Below the pieces are notes generated by a model, which did no database searches, was not told where the DNA came from, and saw only the letters and a list, made by a program, of their open reading frames with translations. From contig CM059432.1 of NCBI GenBank assembly GCA_030390025.1, forward strand, positions 50,904,001-50,968,000: a stretch of 64,000 nucleotides of DNA, given 5' to 3'. This DNA is from Squalus acanthias (lineage: Eukaryota). The translations under genes were made by a program, and so were the position numbers. Of this stretch, positions 12,875 through 26,348 are shown in pieces. Within the stretch, counting starts at the first letter, position 1; every line of letters begins with the position of its first letter.

Positions 12875-13964
12875 TATTTCCTAAACCGGCTATCATTAGG
12901 GGCTCTTTGAGTTAAATTAGTGCTGAATTACAGCAGTGCTGTGCTATGGATTCATGTCCACCAGAGCCTGGGTTGAGACTGGCCAAACATTTCACTTCGG
13001 ACTGTTCCTCTCAGCAGGGATAGGAGTGTTTTGTCCTATCAACCTCAGTGGAATTCAAAGTTAGATCGCACAGGGAAATATATATCATTGTGGGTGTGAT
13101 TTAACTCTCCCAACTGGGCGAGATCGGATGGCAAGTAGTTAAAATGAAGTGGCTTCATTTCCTGCTCCGTTCCTGCCGATCTCCAATTTTTAAATTGCCG
13201 GTTTAGCTGGTGGATGAGGTGCCCATTGGACTCAGGCGGGAGCTCATACATAAATGCTATTTGGGGTCCTATGACGTCAATAGGATCCCGATGGCATTTT
13301 CACCGGGGTCTGAGCGGTAAAGATGCCGCAGCTATCCCACCAGGCTGAGGCAGTTCAGCAGCTGGTGGGAAGGACAAAGAGACCCTCCGTATGCGTCAAA
13401 AAAATTTCATTGTGTGCCAGGAAGAGCAGGTGTGCTCCTCTGGAGCCCACAAGAAAAGTCATGGTCTCCTCTGCTCTGGACACCACACTTCCCTCCCGCG
13501 GGTCCCTCCCGAAACTCCCCCGCCATTTACCTAGAAGCTGGCGGGTGGCCAGCCCAATTTTCACCTGACAGTGGCGGCTCTACACCCTCTTCCTGCCTGT
13601 TCCAGACGGGAAGTGTACGAGCAGCAGTTAAATGAGACCCGGGCCTGAAATTTAAGCCAGCGAGTACGTTTCACACCCGCCCCGCCCCGCCCCTCCCCCG
13701 CCCACTCCGGGAAAAAGATTGACCCCACAGTTCCCCCTCTTTGAATATTTGATAGCTGCAGAAAAATGTCAATAATCTGGATATTTATAGATAATGTATC
13801 ACAGGACTAACACAATAAATTAGAATGTTTACAGAGGCTCAGTAGAGTAATGTATTTCTGTGTGCTAGGCCAGGATGCTAGGACATCGTTTGCACTGCTA
13901 GAAAACTTCACAATAGCAATTTTTGTCTCAGTTTAGCATTGTAAGTTTAGCAATGTACCTCTAT

Positions 13965-14363
13965 ACTTGACTATTCCAATGCACTCCTAACCGGCATCCA
14001 CGTTCTACCCTACGTAAACTTGAGGTCATCCAAAATCTGCTGCCCGTGTCCTAACTCGCACCAAATCCCGTTCACCCATCACCCCTGTGCTTCCCCGATT
14101 TTAATCGCTCCACCATTGGTGGCCATGCTTTCAGCTGCCAAGGCCCTAAGCTCTGGAAATCCCTCCCTAACCCTCTCCGCCTCTATTACTCTTTCCTCCT
14201 TTAAGACGCTTCTTAAAACTTACCTCTTAAACAAGGTTTTGGTGTTTGCCCTAATATCTCCTTATGTGGCTTGGTGTCAAATTTTGTTTGATAATGCTCC
14301 TGTGAAGCACCTTGAGATGTTTTACTTCATTAAAGGTGTTATATAAATATAAGTTGTTGTTGT
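13965..14363 (+). mobile_element. L2-clade LINE 3' fragment
   Basis: Degenerate LDYSNALL...KLEVIQN..ARVLTRTK.RSPITPV; (TTG)n tail. Confidence 0.75.
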
Positions 14364-14407
14364 AGGTAAAAACAATGTAATACTCATTTAATCTTTTTTG
14401 AACATGG

Positions 14408-14826
14408 TGTTAGCCATGGCTCAGTGGTAGCATGCTTGCCTCTGAGTCAGAAGGTTGTGGGTTCAAGTCCCACTCTAAAGATTTGAGCACATAATGTAGG
14501 GAATTTTGCACTGTTGGAGGTGCTTTTTTTGGATGAGACATTAAACCTCTTAGGCAGACGCAAAAGATCCCACAGCACTTTTTGAAAAAGAGCAGGGGAG
14601 TTCTCCTGGTGTCCTGGTCAATAGTTATGCCTCAACCAACACTACTAAAACAGATTATCAGGTCATTATCACATTGTTATCTGTGGGACCTTGCTGTGTG
14701 CAAATTAGCTGAGTGTTTCCTACACTACAACAGAGACTACACTTCAACAGTACTTAATTTTCTGTGAAGCGCTTTGAGAAAACCTGAGGTCGTGAAAGGT
14801 GCTATATAAATGCAAGTCTTTCTTTC
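14408..14826 (+). mobile_element. tRNA-derived Deu-domain SINE (SacSINE1/AmnSINE-like)
   Basis: A box TGGCTCAGTGG, B box GGTTCAAGTCC, central domain GAGCAGGGGAGTTCTCCTGGTGTCCTGG, tail GCTATATAAATGCAAGTCTTTC; three copies in the window. Confidence 0.8.
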
Positions 14827-15522
14827 TGAACAGAAGTACCTTGAGCCAATTCTCCTGGCCACACTGTGCCCTAGATCGAAAAGGAGCAGTCTGTTCAGAA
14901 CCACCACCAGTTCCTTTCCTGGGGCATTGGCATGGATCAAGGGCACTACTGGTCCAGTCCCAAGTCTTTGCAGAGCCTAGCTCTGGCAAAAAGGGGAGTA
15001 AGTTCTAATGTAGCTGCAAGCTTGCAGCTTTGTTCCTGACCATTGGCCAGATGTTAGGCAGATGGCTGCGTGACCATAAGATCATCCAAGCTGGGGGTGG
15101 GAGGAGGTGGGTTAAAATATATAAAAAGCTTTAGGTTGCCCCCAAGACCTCCACAGAACCTCCAGTCAGCAGGGTTGTCCCCAGCACTAGCCCCAGAATC
15201 TGTGGTTGGTCGGGCCCCCCAGAGATTGGACAATCACAAGCAGATATAAAGGAAAGTGAGACTGGGAACACTCCCTCCCACCTCATGTCTGCAATGGGCT
15301 TGCACCTACTGCAGGTACAGGCCCAGTTTCATCCCCCAGGGAAGCCCTGCTAATCCCCGGGCAACATAAAGAGGGCAAAGACCCATCAAAATCAATCTCC
15401 ACTCCTTTTACCTGACCTTTGCACTCAAAAAAGATCATTCCCTGGGGCAAAGTTCATGAAAATTGTCCCCCTCTCCATGTCAACATTTATAATCACAAAA
15501 TCCTGTCTTATTATGTCACCCT

Positions 15523-17215
15523 CATAGCTTGTTGATATACACAAAAAGTATACCAAAAATAGTGGGGAACCAAGTGGCTAATGAGAGTGAGGAACTTAAA
15601 CTAATTAAGATCAGTAGAGAAAAAGTACTTGAGAAACTAATTTGACTAAAAGCCAACAAATCCCATGGCCCTGATGGCCTGCATCCTAGGGTTCTAAAAG
15701 ACGTGGCTGCAGAGATAGTGGTTGTGATCTTCCAAAATTCCCTAGATGCAAGAATGGTCCCAGCGGATTGCAAATGTAACCCTGCTATTCAAGAAAGGAG
15801 GGAGAGAGAAAACAGGGAACTACAGGCCAGTTAGCCTCACATCAGTCATCGGGAAAATGTTGGAATCCATTATTAAGGAAGTGGTAACAAGGCACTTAGA
15901 AATTCATAATATGATTAGGCAGTGTCAACGTGGTTTTAAGAAAGGGAAATCGTGTTTGACAAATTTATTGGAGTTTTTTGAGAATGTAAGTAGCAGGGTA
16001 GATAAAGGGGAGCCACTGAATGTAGTATATTTGAATTTTCAAAAGGCATTCGATAAGGTGCCACATAAAGGATAAGGGGACATGGGGTTGAGGGTAATGT
16101 ATTAGCATGGATAGAGGACTGGTTAACGGACAGAAAACAGAGAGGAGGGATAAACAAGTCATTTTCAGATTGGCAGGCTGTAACTAGTGGGGTGCCGCAA
16201 GGATCAGTGCTTAGGCCTCAGCTATTTACAATCTATATTAATGACTTAGATGAAGGGACCGAGTGCAATGTATCCAAGTTTGCTGATGATACAAAGCTAG
16301 GTGGGAAAGTAAGCTGTGAGGAGGACACAAAGAGCCTGCAAAGGGATATAGACGGGTTAAGTGAGTGGGCATTAATATAGCAGATGGAGTATAATGTGGA
16401 GAAATGTGAGGTTATTCACTTTGTTAGGAAGAGTAGGAAAACAGAATATTTTTTAAATGGTGAGAGACTATTAAATCTTGGTGTTCAGAGAGAGGTGGGT
16501 GTCCTAGTACATGGAACACAGAGAGTTAGCATGCAGGTATAGCAAGAAATTAGGAAGGCAAATGGCACATTGGCCTTTATTGCTAGAGGATTGGAGTACA
16601 AGAGTAAGAAAGTCTTGCTACAACTGTCCAGGGCTTTGGTGAGACCACACCTGGAGTACTGTGCACAGTTTTGGTCTCCTTATCTAAGGAAGGATATACT
16701 TGTCTTAGAGGTGGTGCAACGAAGGTTCACTAGATTGATTCCTGGGATGAGAGGGCTGTCCTATGAGGAGAGATTGAGTAGATTGGGCCTAAACTCTCTG
16801 GAGTTTAGAAGAATGAGGGGTGATCTTATTGAAACATATTAGATTCTATCAGGGATTGGCAGGATAGATGCTGAGAGATTGGTTCCCCTGGCTGAAGAGT
16901 CTAGAACCTGGGGGCATAGTCTCAGGATATGGGGTCGGCCTTTTAAGACTGAGATGAGGAGGAATTTCTTCACTCAGAGGGTTGTGACTCTTTGGAATTC
17001 TCTGCCCCAAAGGGCTGTCGATGCTCAGTCGATGAATATATTCAAGGCTGAGATAGATAGATTTTTGGACTCATGGGGAATCAAGGGATATGGGGATAGG
17101 GCAGGAAAGTGGAGTTGAGGTTGAAGATCACCCATGATCTTATTGAATGGCGGAGCGGGCTCGAGGGGCTGTATGGCCTACTCCTGCTCCTAATTCTTAT
17201 GTTCTTATATTCTTA
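15523..17215 (+). mobile_element. CR1 LINE, 5'-truncated and degenerate
   Basis: Broken ORFs 15746..17118 (NYRPVSLTS, PQGS, FADD, RNFFTQRV); (TTCTTATG)n tail. Confidence 0.95.
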
Positions 17216-17660
17216 ACCAATCAAATCATTTAAAATGACTGATAACATTTTTTTTTTCCATTTTTGTTCTTTTAATTTCCAAAATAAGGTTTTAAACAAA
17301 AAACACATTTCATAATAACATGTTAAATTTACCCATCCAATTGTCTTTTCTGTCTTTTAATATCTTCATTAAACTTTTTACTTCAAGGCCTCTTTCTGCC
17401 TGTCTCAAAAGTCTGGACTTTGACTGGCTATTTTTTATCTTACAACAGATGGATAAAGCTTTCAACCACATCTGTGAATTCTCAGCCTATTCATTTTGCA
17501 GAATGTCCCAGCATGTAACATGTGCATCAGAATGCCTTGAAGGGTAGCAGGCTTTATTAGTCACTCACTTCTTTATTACCTATGAAAATTCAGCAATAAA
17601 ACCTCTCTCTTGAGGCTTAATGTATTTTTTTTGTATATTAAAAACTTGGAAGTGACGGTA

Positions 17661-19110
17661 ATACATAGATACATAGAAGATAGGAGCAGGAGTAGGCCAT
17701 CCGGCCCTTCGAGCCTGCTCCGCCATTTAATGAGATCATGGCTGATCCTCCAATTCAGTATCCCGTCCCCGCCTTCTCTCCGTAACCCTTAATCCCTTTT
17801 GCCTGTAGAAATATATCTAATTCCCTCTTAAATATATTTAATGAGCTGGCGTACACTGCCCTCTGTGGCAATGAGTTCCACAGGTTCACCACCCTCTGAG
17901 TGAAGAAATTCCCCCTCATTTCTGTCCTAAATGGTTTAGCCCTTATCCTTAAATTATGTCCTCTAGTTCTGTTCTCACCCGCCAAGGGAAACATTCCTTC
18001 TGCATCTAGTCTGTCTAGAACTGTCAGAATTTTATACACTTTTATGAGGTCCCCTCTCAATCTTCTAAACTCCAGTGTGTACATCCCTAAACTACATAGT
18101 CTCTCCTCATAGGTCAATCCCGCCATTCCTGGTATCAGCCTGGTGAATCGCCGCTGCACCCCCTCCATGGCAAGAACATCTTTCCTCAGATGAGGCGACC
18201 AAAACTGTACACAGTACTCGAGGTGTGGTCTCACCAGTGCCCTGTACAGCTGCAGCAAGGTATCCCTGTTCCTGTATTCCAACCCTTTTGCTATGAAGGC
18301 CAGCATACCATTTGCCTTCTTGACCGCCTGTTGCACCTGCATGCTCGCCTTCAGTGACTGGTGTACAAGAACACCCAGGTCTCTCTGTACTTCCCCCTCT
18401 CCCAATTTATTGCCATTTAAATAATAATTTGCCCTCCCGTTCCTGCACCCAAGGTGGATAACTTCGCACTTGTCCACATTATAGTGCATCTGCCATTTAT
18501 CCGCCCAATCACCCAGTCTGTCCAAATCGCTCTGGAGCTTCCTGGTCTCCTCCTCTGAGCCCACCCCCCCTCCTAGTTTAGTGTCGTCTGCAAATTTGGA
18601 AATGCTGCATCCGACTCCCTGATCCAGGTCATTAATGTAAATTGTGAACAGCTGGGGACCCAGGACAGATCCCTGTGGTACCCCACTTGTTACTGCCTGC
18701 CATTCAGAAAATGAGCCGTTTATTCCAACTCTCTGTTTTCTATCTGACAGCCAGTTCTCTATCCACGTCAATACTTTCCCCTTTATCCCATGAGCTTCAA
18801 TTTTCCATGCTAATCTTTTATGTGGGACCTTGTCGAAGGCCTTTTGGAAGTCCAGGTACACCACATCTACTGGCTCTCCCCCATCTATTTTACCAGTTAC
18901 TCCCTCAAAAAATTCCAATAGATTAGTCAAGCACGATTTACCCTTTGTAAATCCATGTTGACTCTGTCCTATCCTGTCCCCATTTGCTAAGTGCTCCGCT
19001 ATTTCATCCTTAATGATGGACTCCAGCATTTTGCCCACAACTGATGTAAGGCTTACAGGTCTGTAATTACCTGCTTTTTCCCTACCCCCCTTTTGGCAGA
19101 CAAGAGTCAA
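17661..19110 (-). mobile_element. CR1 LINE, 5'-truncated with open RT
   Basis: 451-aa ORF 17755..19110 with complete RT motifs; 3' UTR and tail. Confidence 0.95.
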
Positions 19111-20818
19111 AAAGGTGTTGGGGTCGTAACTATGTCATCTGACATATATTCAGGAGGCTCCTCCCTCTTTCTGGTGGATGCTCCAGCACTTAACTCAAGT
19201 TCCGCATGAAAATCGGAACAGGCAGGAACCAAGCATAAGTTGCCGCATCAACCAGCCGCACTATTTTGGTTCGACTTACCTGCCCCTTTTAAAGCACAAA
19301 CAAGGCAGTAGGGACAGGAAAATTGCCTCCCATATCTTTTAACTTCAAAAAAGAAGGCTACCTCACACACAGAGGGGCTGCAACACTGCGGCCCTATTGT
19401 TGCATTCCTGCCATATGTCCACTGATGGTGTGGGGGATTGCTAGCAGTGAGCGGAGATTGTGAAATTGGTCAGGCGCCTCATGCTGCATTTTGCGGCAAT
19501 GAAAATATAAAAGTTTTTAGAGCTGTGCTGGTGATCAGTGCAATCTAAACTTATTTGGATAGTGGCCTCAAATTCCCCCCTCACACACACTGCTTTGGCA
19601 GAGGTAGAGAAACATGCAAAACCCATTTTGAACTCCACTTAACTTTATGTGGATGCATTGCTTTAAATTTGAGCTGGCGTTCGGCACAAGATCAAAGTTG
19701 TGCTAATTATGGAAATGAACTGGAAATTGTAGGCAGTCAGCTAAGTACACTGCTTTGTACTCGCAACTAGCCATTCCCGACTTCATTTCATTGGGATTGC
19801 AAAACTGTCTATTTAATGCATCGATCTGAAATTCCTCTCTAGATAAAAGAGAGAAAATTCCAGACAAATGCATTCAGCATTCATAAAATAGTATCCCATG
19901 ACATAATTTTAGAACCAAGATAGAGCCACAAAAACTGATGTAAAAACAATTGCCTCTTAGCAAAGGGGAAGGAATCACTAATAATAGCAATGTTATACAG
20001 TGCAGGCAGTCCTTCTAACTCAACTAGTCCTTGTCCTCAAGTTGAACCAATCATACCACTGCAGAAATAAAGAGTAACAACCAGACCAACTGGGGTATAT
20101 GAGTTACATAAATCTATTATGAAGATCCTTATACAAAAAGATAAATAGGCATAAGTAAAACAATAAATAGTGCAACAGTCGCACATTGGGACTGAGACAT
20201 GCGACATTTAGGATTTGGCACTCAGTGAAATCTTGAACTTAATCATAAAATCCGGGAATGTGCAAAACTGGTGGAGACTGGGTGAAGGAGGCAGGGAATA
20301 CTGATGGGATTGTCATCTTTGGCCACTTCTGTGTATCCCTCTCAGTTCTATCAAAAAGTGGCACTGGCAGTGGCAGATTGGTGCAAGCAAGTCTTTGCAT
20401 GGCGACAACAAAGTAACCCAAGGAGAGAGACCATAAATAAATAAAAACACAGCAACAAAACTGACACAAAACATAAATACGGTGAACAGCAGCCGATGCA
20501 AAAACAATACGTACAATGAGCAGCAGTGGCGCAATCCTGCCTGTGAATTCGTAATGAAAAATGTGTTATTTACAGATATTTAGTAGTTGCTATTACAGCC
20601 CTCAGTCATGGGAAAATAGTGGGTAGCATTATTACTGAGATTATGCAGAAAAGGTGTGGCTGGCTTGAAAGCAGTTCAAACAAGGTTTCCTGTCTGTACA
20701 CATCGCTGTGGCTTCTCAACCACAAAGAAAGCCTGAAGAAATAACCTTTGCAAAACAGATTGGAAACTGTTTGTGAAAGGAAAAACAGGTGTGGACATGT
20801 TCTTTCTGCTTTAAACTG

Positions 20819-22863
20819 TATAGAAACATAGAAACATAGAAGATAGGAGCAGGAGTAGGCCATTCAGCCCCAGGAGCCTGCTCCGCCATTCAATGCGATC
20901 ATGGCTGATCATCCAAATTCAGTACCCTGTCCCTGCTTTCTCCCCATATCCCTTGATCCCTTTAGTTTTAAGAAATATATCTAACTCCTTCTTGAATATA
21001 TTTAATGAATTGGCCTCTACTGCCTTCTGTGGTAGAGAATTCCACAGGTTCACCACTCTCTGGGTGAAGAAATTCCTCCTCATCTCAGTCCTAAATGGCT
21101 TACCCCTTATCCTTAGACTGTGACCCCTGGTTCTGGACTCCCCGGCCATCGGGAACATCCTTCCCGCATCTAGTCTGTCTAGTCCTATTAGAATTTTATA
21201 AGTTTCAATGAGATCCCCTCTCATTCTTCTAAACTCCAGTGAGTATAAGCCCAATCGACCCAATCTCTCCTCATACGCCATTCCTGCCATCCCGGGTATC
21301 AGCCTGGTGAATCTTCGCTGCACTCCCTCCATGGCAAGAACATCCTTCCTCAGATAAGGCGACCAAAACTGCACACAATACTCAAGATGTGGTCTCACCA
21401 AGGCCCTGTACAACTGCAGCAAGACATCCTTGTTCCTGTACTCGAACCCTTTCGCTACGAAGGCCAACATTCCATTTGCCTTCTTAACCGCCTGCTGCAC
21501 CTGCATGATTACCTTCAGCGATTGGTGCACAAGGACACCCAGGTCTCGTTGCACTTCCCCTTCTCCCAATCTATTGCCATTCAGATAATAATCTGCCTTC
21601 CTGTTTTTGACACCAAAGTGGATAACTTCGCATTTATCCACATTATATTGCATCTGCCATGCTTCTGCCCAATCCCCCAACCTGCCCAAATCATACTGGA
21701 GTTTCTCGGCATCCTCCTCCCGGCACACACTCCCTCCCAGCTTTGTGTCGTCTGCAAACTTGGAGATATTACATCCAATTCCATCGTCCAGATCATTAAT
21801 ATATATTGTGAATAGCTGGGGTCCTAGGACCGATCCCTGCAGTACCCCACTAGTCACCGCCTGCCACTCGGAAAAAGACCCATTTATTCCAACTCTTTGC
21901 TTTCTGTCTGCCAACCAGTTCTCTATCCAAGTCAATACCTTGCCCCCAATCCCATGTGCCTTAACTTTACACGCTAATCTCTTATGCGAGACCTTATCGA
22001 AAGCCTTCTGAAAGTCCAAATACACCACATCCACTGGTTCTCCCTTATCCATTTTACCAGTTACATCCTCAAAAAATTCCAGTAGATTAGTAAAGCATGA
22101 TTTGCCTTTTGTAAATCCATGTTGACTTTGTCCGATCCTGTCACTGTTTTCCAAGTGCTCTGCTATTACATCTTTTATAATGGACTCTAGCATTTTCCCC
22201 ACTACCGATGTCAGGCTTACTGGTCTGTAATTCCCCGTTTTCTCTCTACCACCTTTTTTGAATAGTGGGGTAACATTAGCTACCCTCCAATCCATGGGTA
22301 CTGTTCCAGAGTCTATAGAATTTTGGAAGATGACCAGCAATGCATCTACTATTTCTAGGGCCACTTCCTTAAGTACCCTAGGATGTAGATTATCAGGCCC
22401 TGGGGATGTATCGGCCTTCAATCCCGTCAATTTCTCTAACACTATTTCCCTACAAATACTGATTTCTTTCAGTTCCTCCTTCTCATTAGACCCTATGTTC
22501 CCCGACATCTCTGGGAGGTTATTTGTGTCCTCCTTTGTGAAGACAGAACCAAAGTATGTATTTAATTGGTCAGCCATTTCTTTGTTCCCCATTATAAATT
22601 CCCCTGATTCTGACTGCAAGGGACCTACGCTTGACTTCACCAATCTTTTTCTCTTCACATATCTATAAAAGCTTTTACAGTCAGTTTTTATGTTCCTCGC
22701 AAGCTTACTCTCATACTCTATTTTGCCCCTCCTAATTAATCCCTTTGTCCTTCTTTGCTGAATCCTATACTGCTCCCAATCCTCAGGTTTTCTGCTTTTT
22801 CTGGCCAATTTATATGTCCTTTCCTTGGATCTTATACTATCCCTAATTTCCTTTGTTAGCCAC
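20819..22863 (-). mobile_element. CR1 LINE, 5'-truncated with open linker and RT
   Basis: ORF 20919..22922 (CR1 homology starts at WLTKEIRDSI); (TTTCTATG)n tail. Confidence 0.95.
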
Positions 22864-24007
22864 TGTATGAACTCAGGCACATCTAATGCAGCTGCGCTAG
22901 GACCATTACACACTGCGCACACACTAGAGGCAAGCAGTTGATCTTTCCCTGTAGTGCAAGGCCAGCTGTTTTATTTGTTGTGGCACGATTCGCTGGGATT
23001 ACCATAAGAACCTGGGGCCGGGTTATTGGGTGTCAGCCATTATTAAAAGGCTGCTGGAGGCCCTTAAAGCTGCTATCATTTTGGGGGAATAAAAAATGGC
23101 ATGGGCAGAACTGCCCCATTCACAGATCAGACTCTGGAAATCATACAATAGGAGGTCCAGCAAAGATGGATGGCCCTGTTTGAAGGCGACGGCCACCCAG
23201 AAAAAAGTAAGAAATTTTGTAACAACGTCCATTTGAAATTGGCACTAACTGATAAGTGCACTTTTAAGATGCTCCAGCTGCAATATGGGGAGCTCCCTTC
23301 ATGGGCCTTAATAAGCTTTGCGCACAGTCAGTGGACAAAATCGATACGCTTGCAGCCCACATTCTCATGTGTCATATGCATTGGGTGCCGAGTAGGCTTT
23401 AGGTCTGGATACCTGATAATAAATGGCTCACTGCCTAGGTGCATCCAATCACAGTATTGGTCCCAGAATGATGAATGACTCCGATATGGAGATATAGATT
23501 CTTTTTTCATTTAGTCCTTTCTCACATGGAGATACTGCTGGAGGAGCTGGTGCTGAACAAGGTGGCCACTTCTAGGACTGAGGGGAACACTCCCTGTACA
23601 GCAAATGTGCAGCAGACATGGCACAAGGTGGCATGAATGCAGTGTCCCGTATCTACGTAAGTGGAGGTGGTAGCAGATGAGCAGCAGCAACAAGAGGAGG
23701 GTGGAGTGGTCGGGGGTGGGGGGGTGGCGGGGGGCGGGGGCGGGATGGTCAGGGGCAGACGGTGTCTATTGTGGCACCCATGAATTTGTACTTCACAGGG
23801 GCTGCATACCAAGCTGTAGTCATTAATCAGAAGAAGCTCTTTGTGCAGTCCTTTGAGAACGCTCAGAGCACCCTACATGGAATGGTGGAGAACATGCTTA
23901 GACATCTGTGTAGGAACCTGCAGAACACCATGGAGTGAGTGGCTAATCCAGGGCATCCTACAGAATTGTTTTCAAAAGACAATACATTTCTTCAAATTTG
24001 TATGTGA

Positions 24008-24118
24008 TGCGGAGATGCCGGCGGTGTTGGACTGGGGTGGACAAAAATGAGAAGTCGCACAACACCAGGTTATAGTCAAACTGTTGGACTATAACCTGGT
24101 GTTGTGCGACTTCTCATT
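24008..24118. repeat. Penelope terminal sequence in inverted arrangement (32-bp perfect hairpin)
   Basis: Arms 24046-24077 and 24087-24118; the sequence matches the Penelope tail at ~3387-3435. Confidence 0.8.
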
Positions 24119-24986
24119 CAAATTTGTAGGCAGCTATCAGTCGTAAGCCATGTATTTCAAGTAACCCATGTGGAAGAGGAGCAGTTGTTCAAAATCATTA
24201 CCTTTGACCTAATTTAAACAGTGGCGTCGTATGCTATTTCTCAATATTACAACAGTGTTGAAATGCTGGGACGCCATGCTGATAAAGGCTGTATCTCACC
24301 AGAGCTATAGGTAAATATGTTATTGCAAGTCTGAGGGATAGGTCATTTAGAGCAAATAAAAGTATGTTTCAAAGGTTCAAATGAATTTGTACTGCAGTAC
24401 TGCAGACCATGAGCTACAAATTATGGGAGCCTTAACATTTGTCTTGCATTAGTGACAGTGAATTAAGTAAAAAGAGGTTACTAGAGGTCAGACTGCCAGT
24501 CAGCTGGAGTATGAAGTAATGTTTTTGAAGTAGGCATCTTTGCAAAAAGGAATCTGAGGTTTTATTATTGGTGCTACTTTCTAACTGTAAGAACCGAATA
24601 CTTGATTACAACAGTAAACAGTCATAGAGAATTGGAATGTTTGCAGTAACCATAGCTACTGCCGTGGAAGCCTGTGCCAAGGCAGCTTCCTCTGGTAAAA
24701 ATATAAGTTGGTGCAGTGAACCACTTTTTGTGTGTCTGAGACAGCTTCCCCTCTGAAGTTATTTGATAGAAACAGAACGCCAGTATTTTCTGTGGGGATT
24801 CTCTCTATCTCCTGCTGAAGTCATAGCGGGAGATCGGGAAACCCCTGCGGAAATTCTAATCCATAGTCAAATGTCCCACTGCAGCAAAGGGCAAAGTTCC
24901 ACACCTGCCTCCCTGCGGAAATGTAAATGATGAAGATCCAGCTGATCCAACATGTCCAGGAAACTGTGGCGTGGTCTAGACATGTG

Positions 24987-25879
24987 GGGGTAGAAATTAG
25001 GTCGCGCCCCATTTGGGGCGCAAATATCGTCCGGACGCAAATATTAGCGCCTGGTGCTAATTATCAGCACTGACGGGAAACTTCACTTTTACCGCCCCGG
25101 GAGGTGAGTGGAGCGCTAAAGCAGGCGCTGCACACCTCTCTTAAGGCGCAAAGGCCGAGCAGTGAGGCGCTAACTCGGAGCGCTGGCGAAGCTCATGTAA
25201 TGTCAGTCAGCAATGGAACACACACACAATGGCACGGGCCAGTTCTTAAAGGGGATGGTTAATCTTGCTTTCCATCCACATCCTGTTCATTGCTGCCTTG
25301 AATCTCGGCCTGGAGAGACTTGCACATCAAATGTGCTGGAAAGAACAATGGAAAGTACCAGGCAAAGAGCTCAGAGTGCAGCTCCCACAGTCTCTGCTAA
25401 ATCGATACAAGGAATGGCAAATCAAAATGAACCTGCAAAGTGCTGCTCAGTACCCAAAACTCCTTCACACAACGTTGAATCTCTCCAGAAGTCTCTCCCT
25501 CTCTCTCTCAGAATGCGTAGTTCAAAAATGCCACCAACAATAAAAGACAGGAAGAGGCCCCCTTTAAATAGCGCCCCCCCCAGTCCCACAGCGATTGATA
25601 GCGTTCCAGTCTTCTGGTCGTTGGAAGCGCCAGGCGGTAAGGCAGGGGGCGCCACTCAATTTCCGCTACGGGGTGCCCCAAGGGCGTTGCACCATGGAAT
25701 GACATCACAATCTGCGCGCGCAGGTGGTCGCAGCGGTAAGTTTTAGCGCCGCCGCACAATCTCAAGTTAAGTTCTCGAGCGGCGCAAACATCGCTGCGCC
25801 CGGGCGTTAGCGGCTTTGCGCCCCATTAGTGCCCTCTTAAGGCGCTAATGGGTGGCGCAACCAAGTGAATTTTTACCCC
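24987..25879 (+). mobile_element. Non-autonomous Harbinger (MITE), 893 bp
   Basis: Termini GGGGTAGAAATT...AATTTTTACCCC, TSD GTG (24984-24986/25880-25882); ends closely match copies A and B. Confidence 0.92.
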
Positions 25880-26348
25880 GTGGCTTCTTGGGTAGCTCTG
25901 CAGAACTTTCCTCTAATTCAGGTGCACCTGCCTCTGCTCATGACTGAAACATTCCTTTTCAACCACCATCCCCCGAAGGGCAAGGGGAATTCCCTAAGGA
26001 ATGCCTATGCTATCCACAATGTGCAATAAGTTGCCTTACTCAGGCAATCTATCTTGAATGGGAGGGATGCAAATGTTAAATTCAAACCAAAACTCATACT
26101 AGAGGGAGGAACGTATAGGTTTGAATTATCGGCACAGAGCCTCACATGACAGGAACGTGCATTGGAAATTCTGGCACAAAAATCAGTGGGCTCCACAGGA
26201 TTTTCCTTTCATGGACTTAGTTCCTCCAGGACCTGCTGACCTCTGCACATGAATTCCTGATTTACATTCATAGCATGTAAAGCTTTTTGCTGGGAGAAAT
26301 AATTTGTAAAATCTACCCTTAGGTGTGGAGAATACATCTGTAATTATG

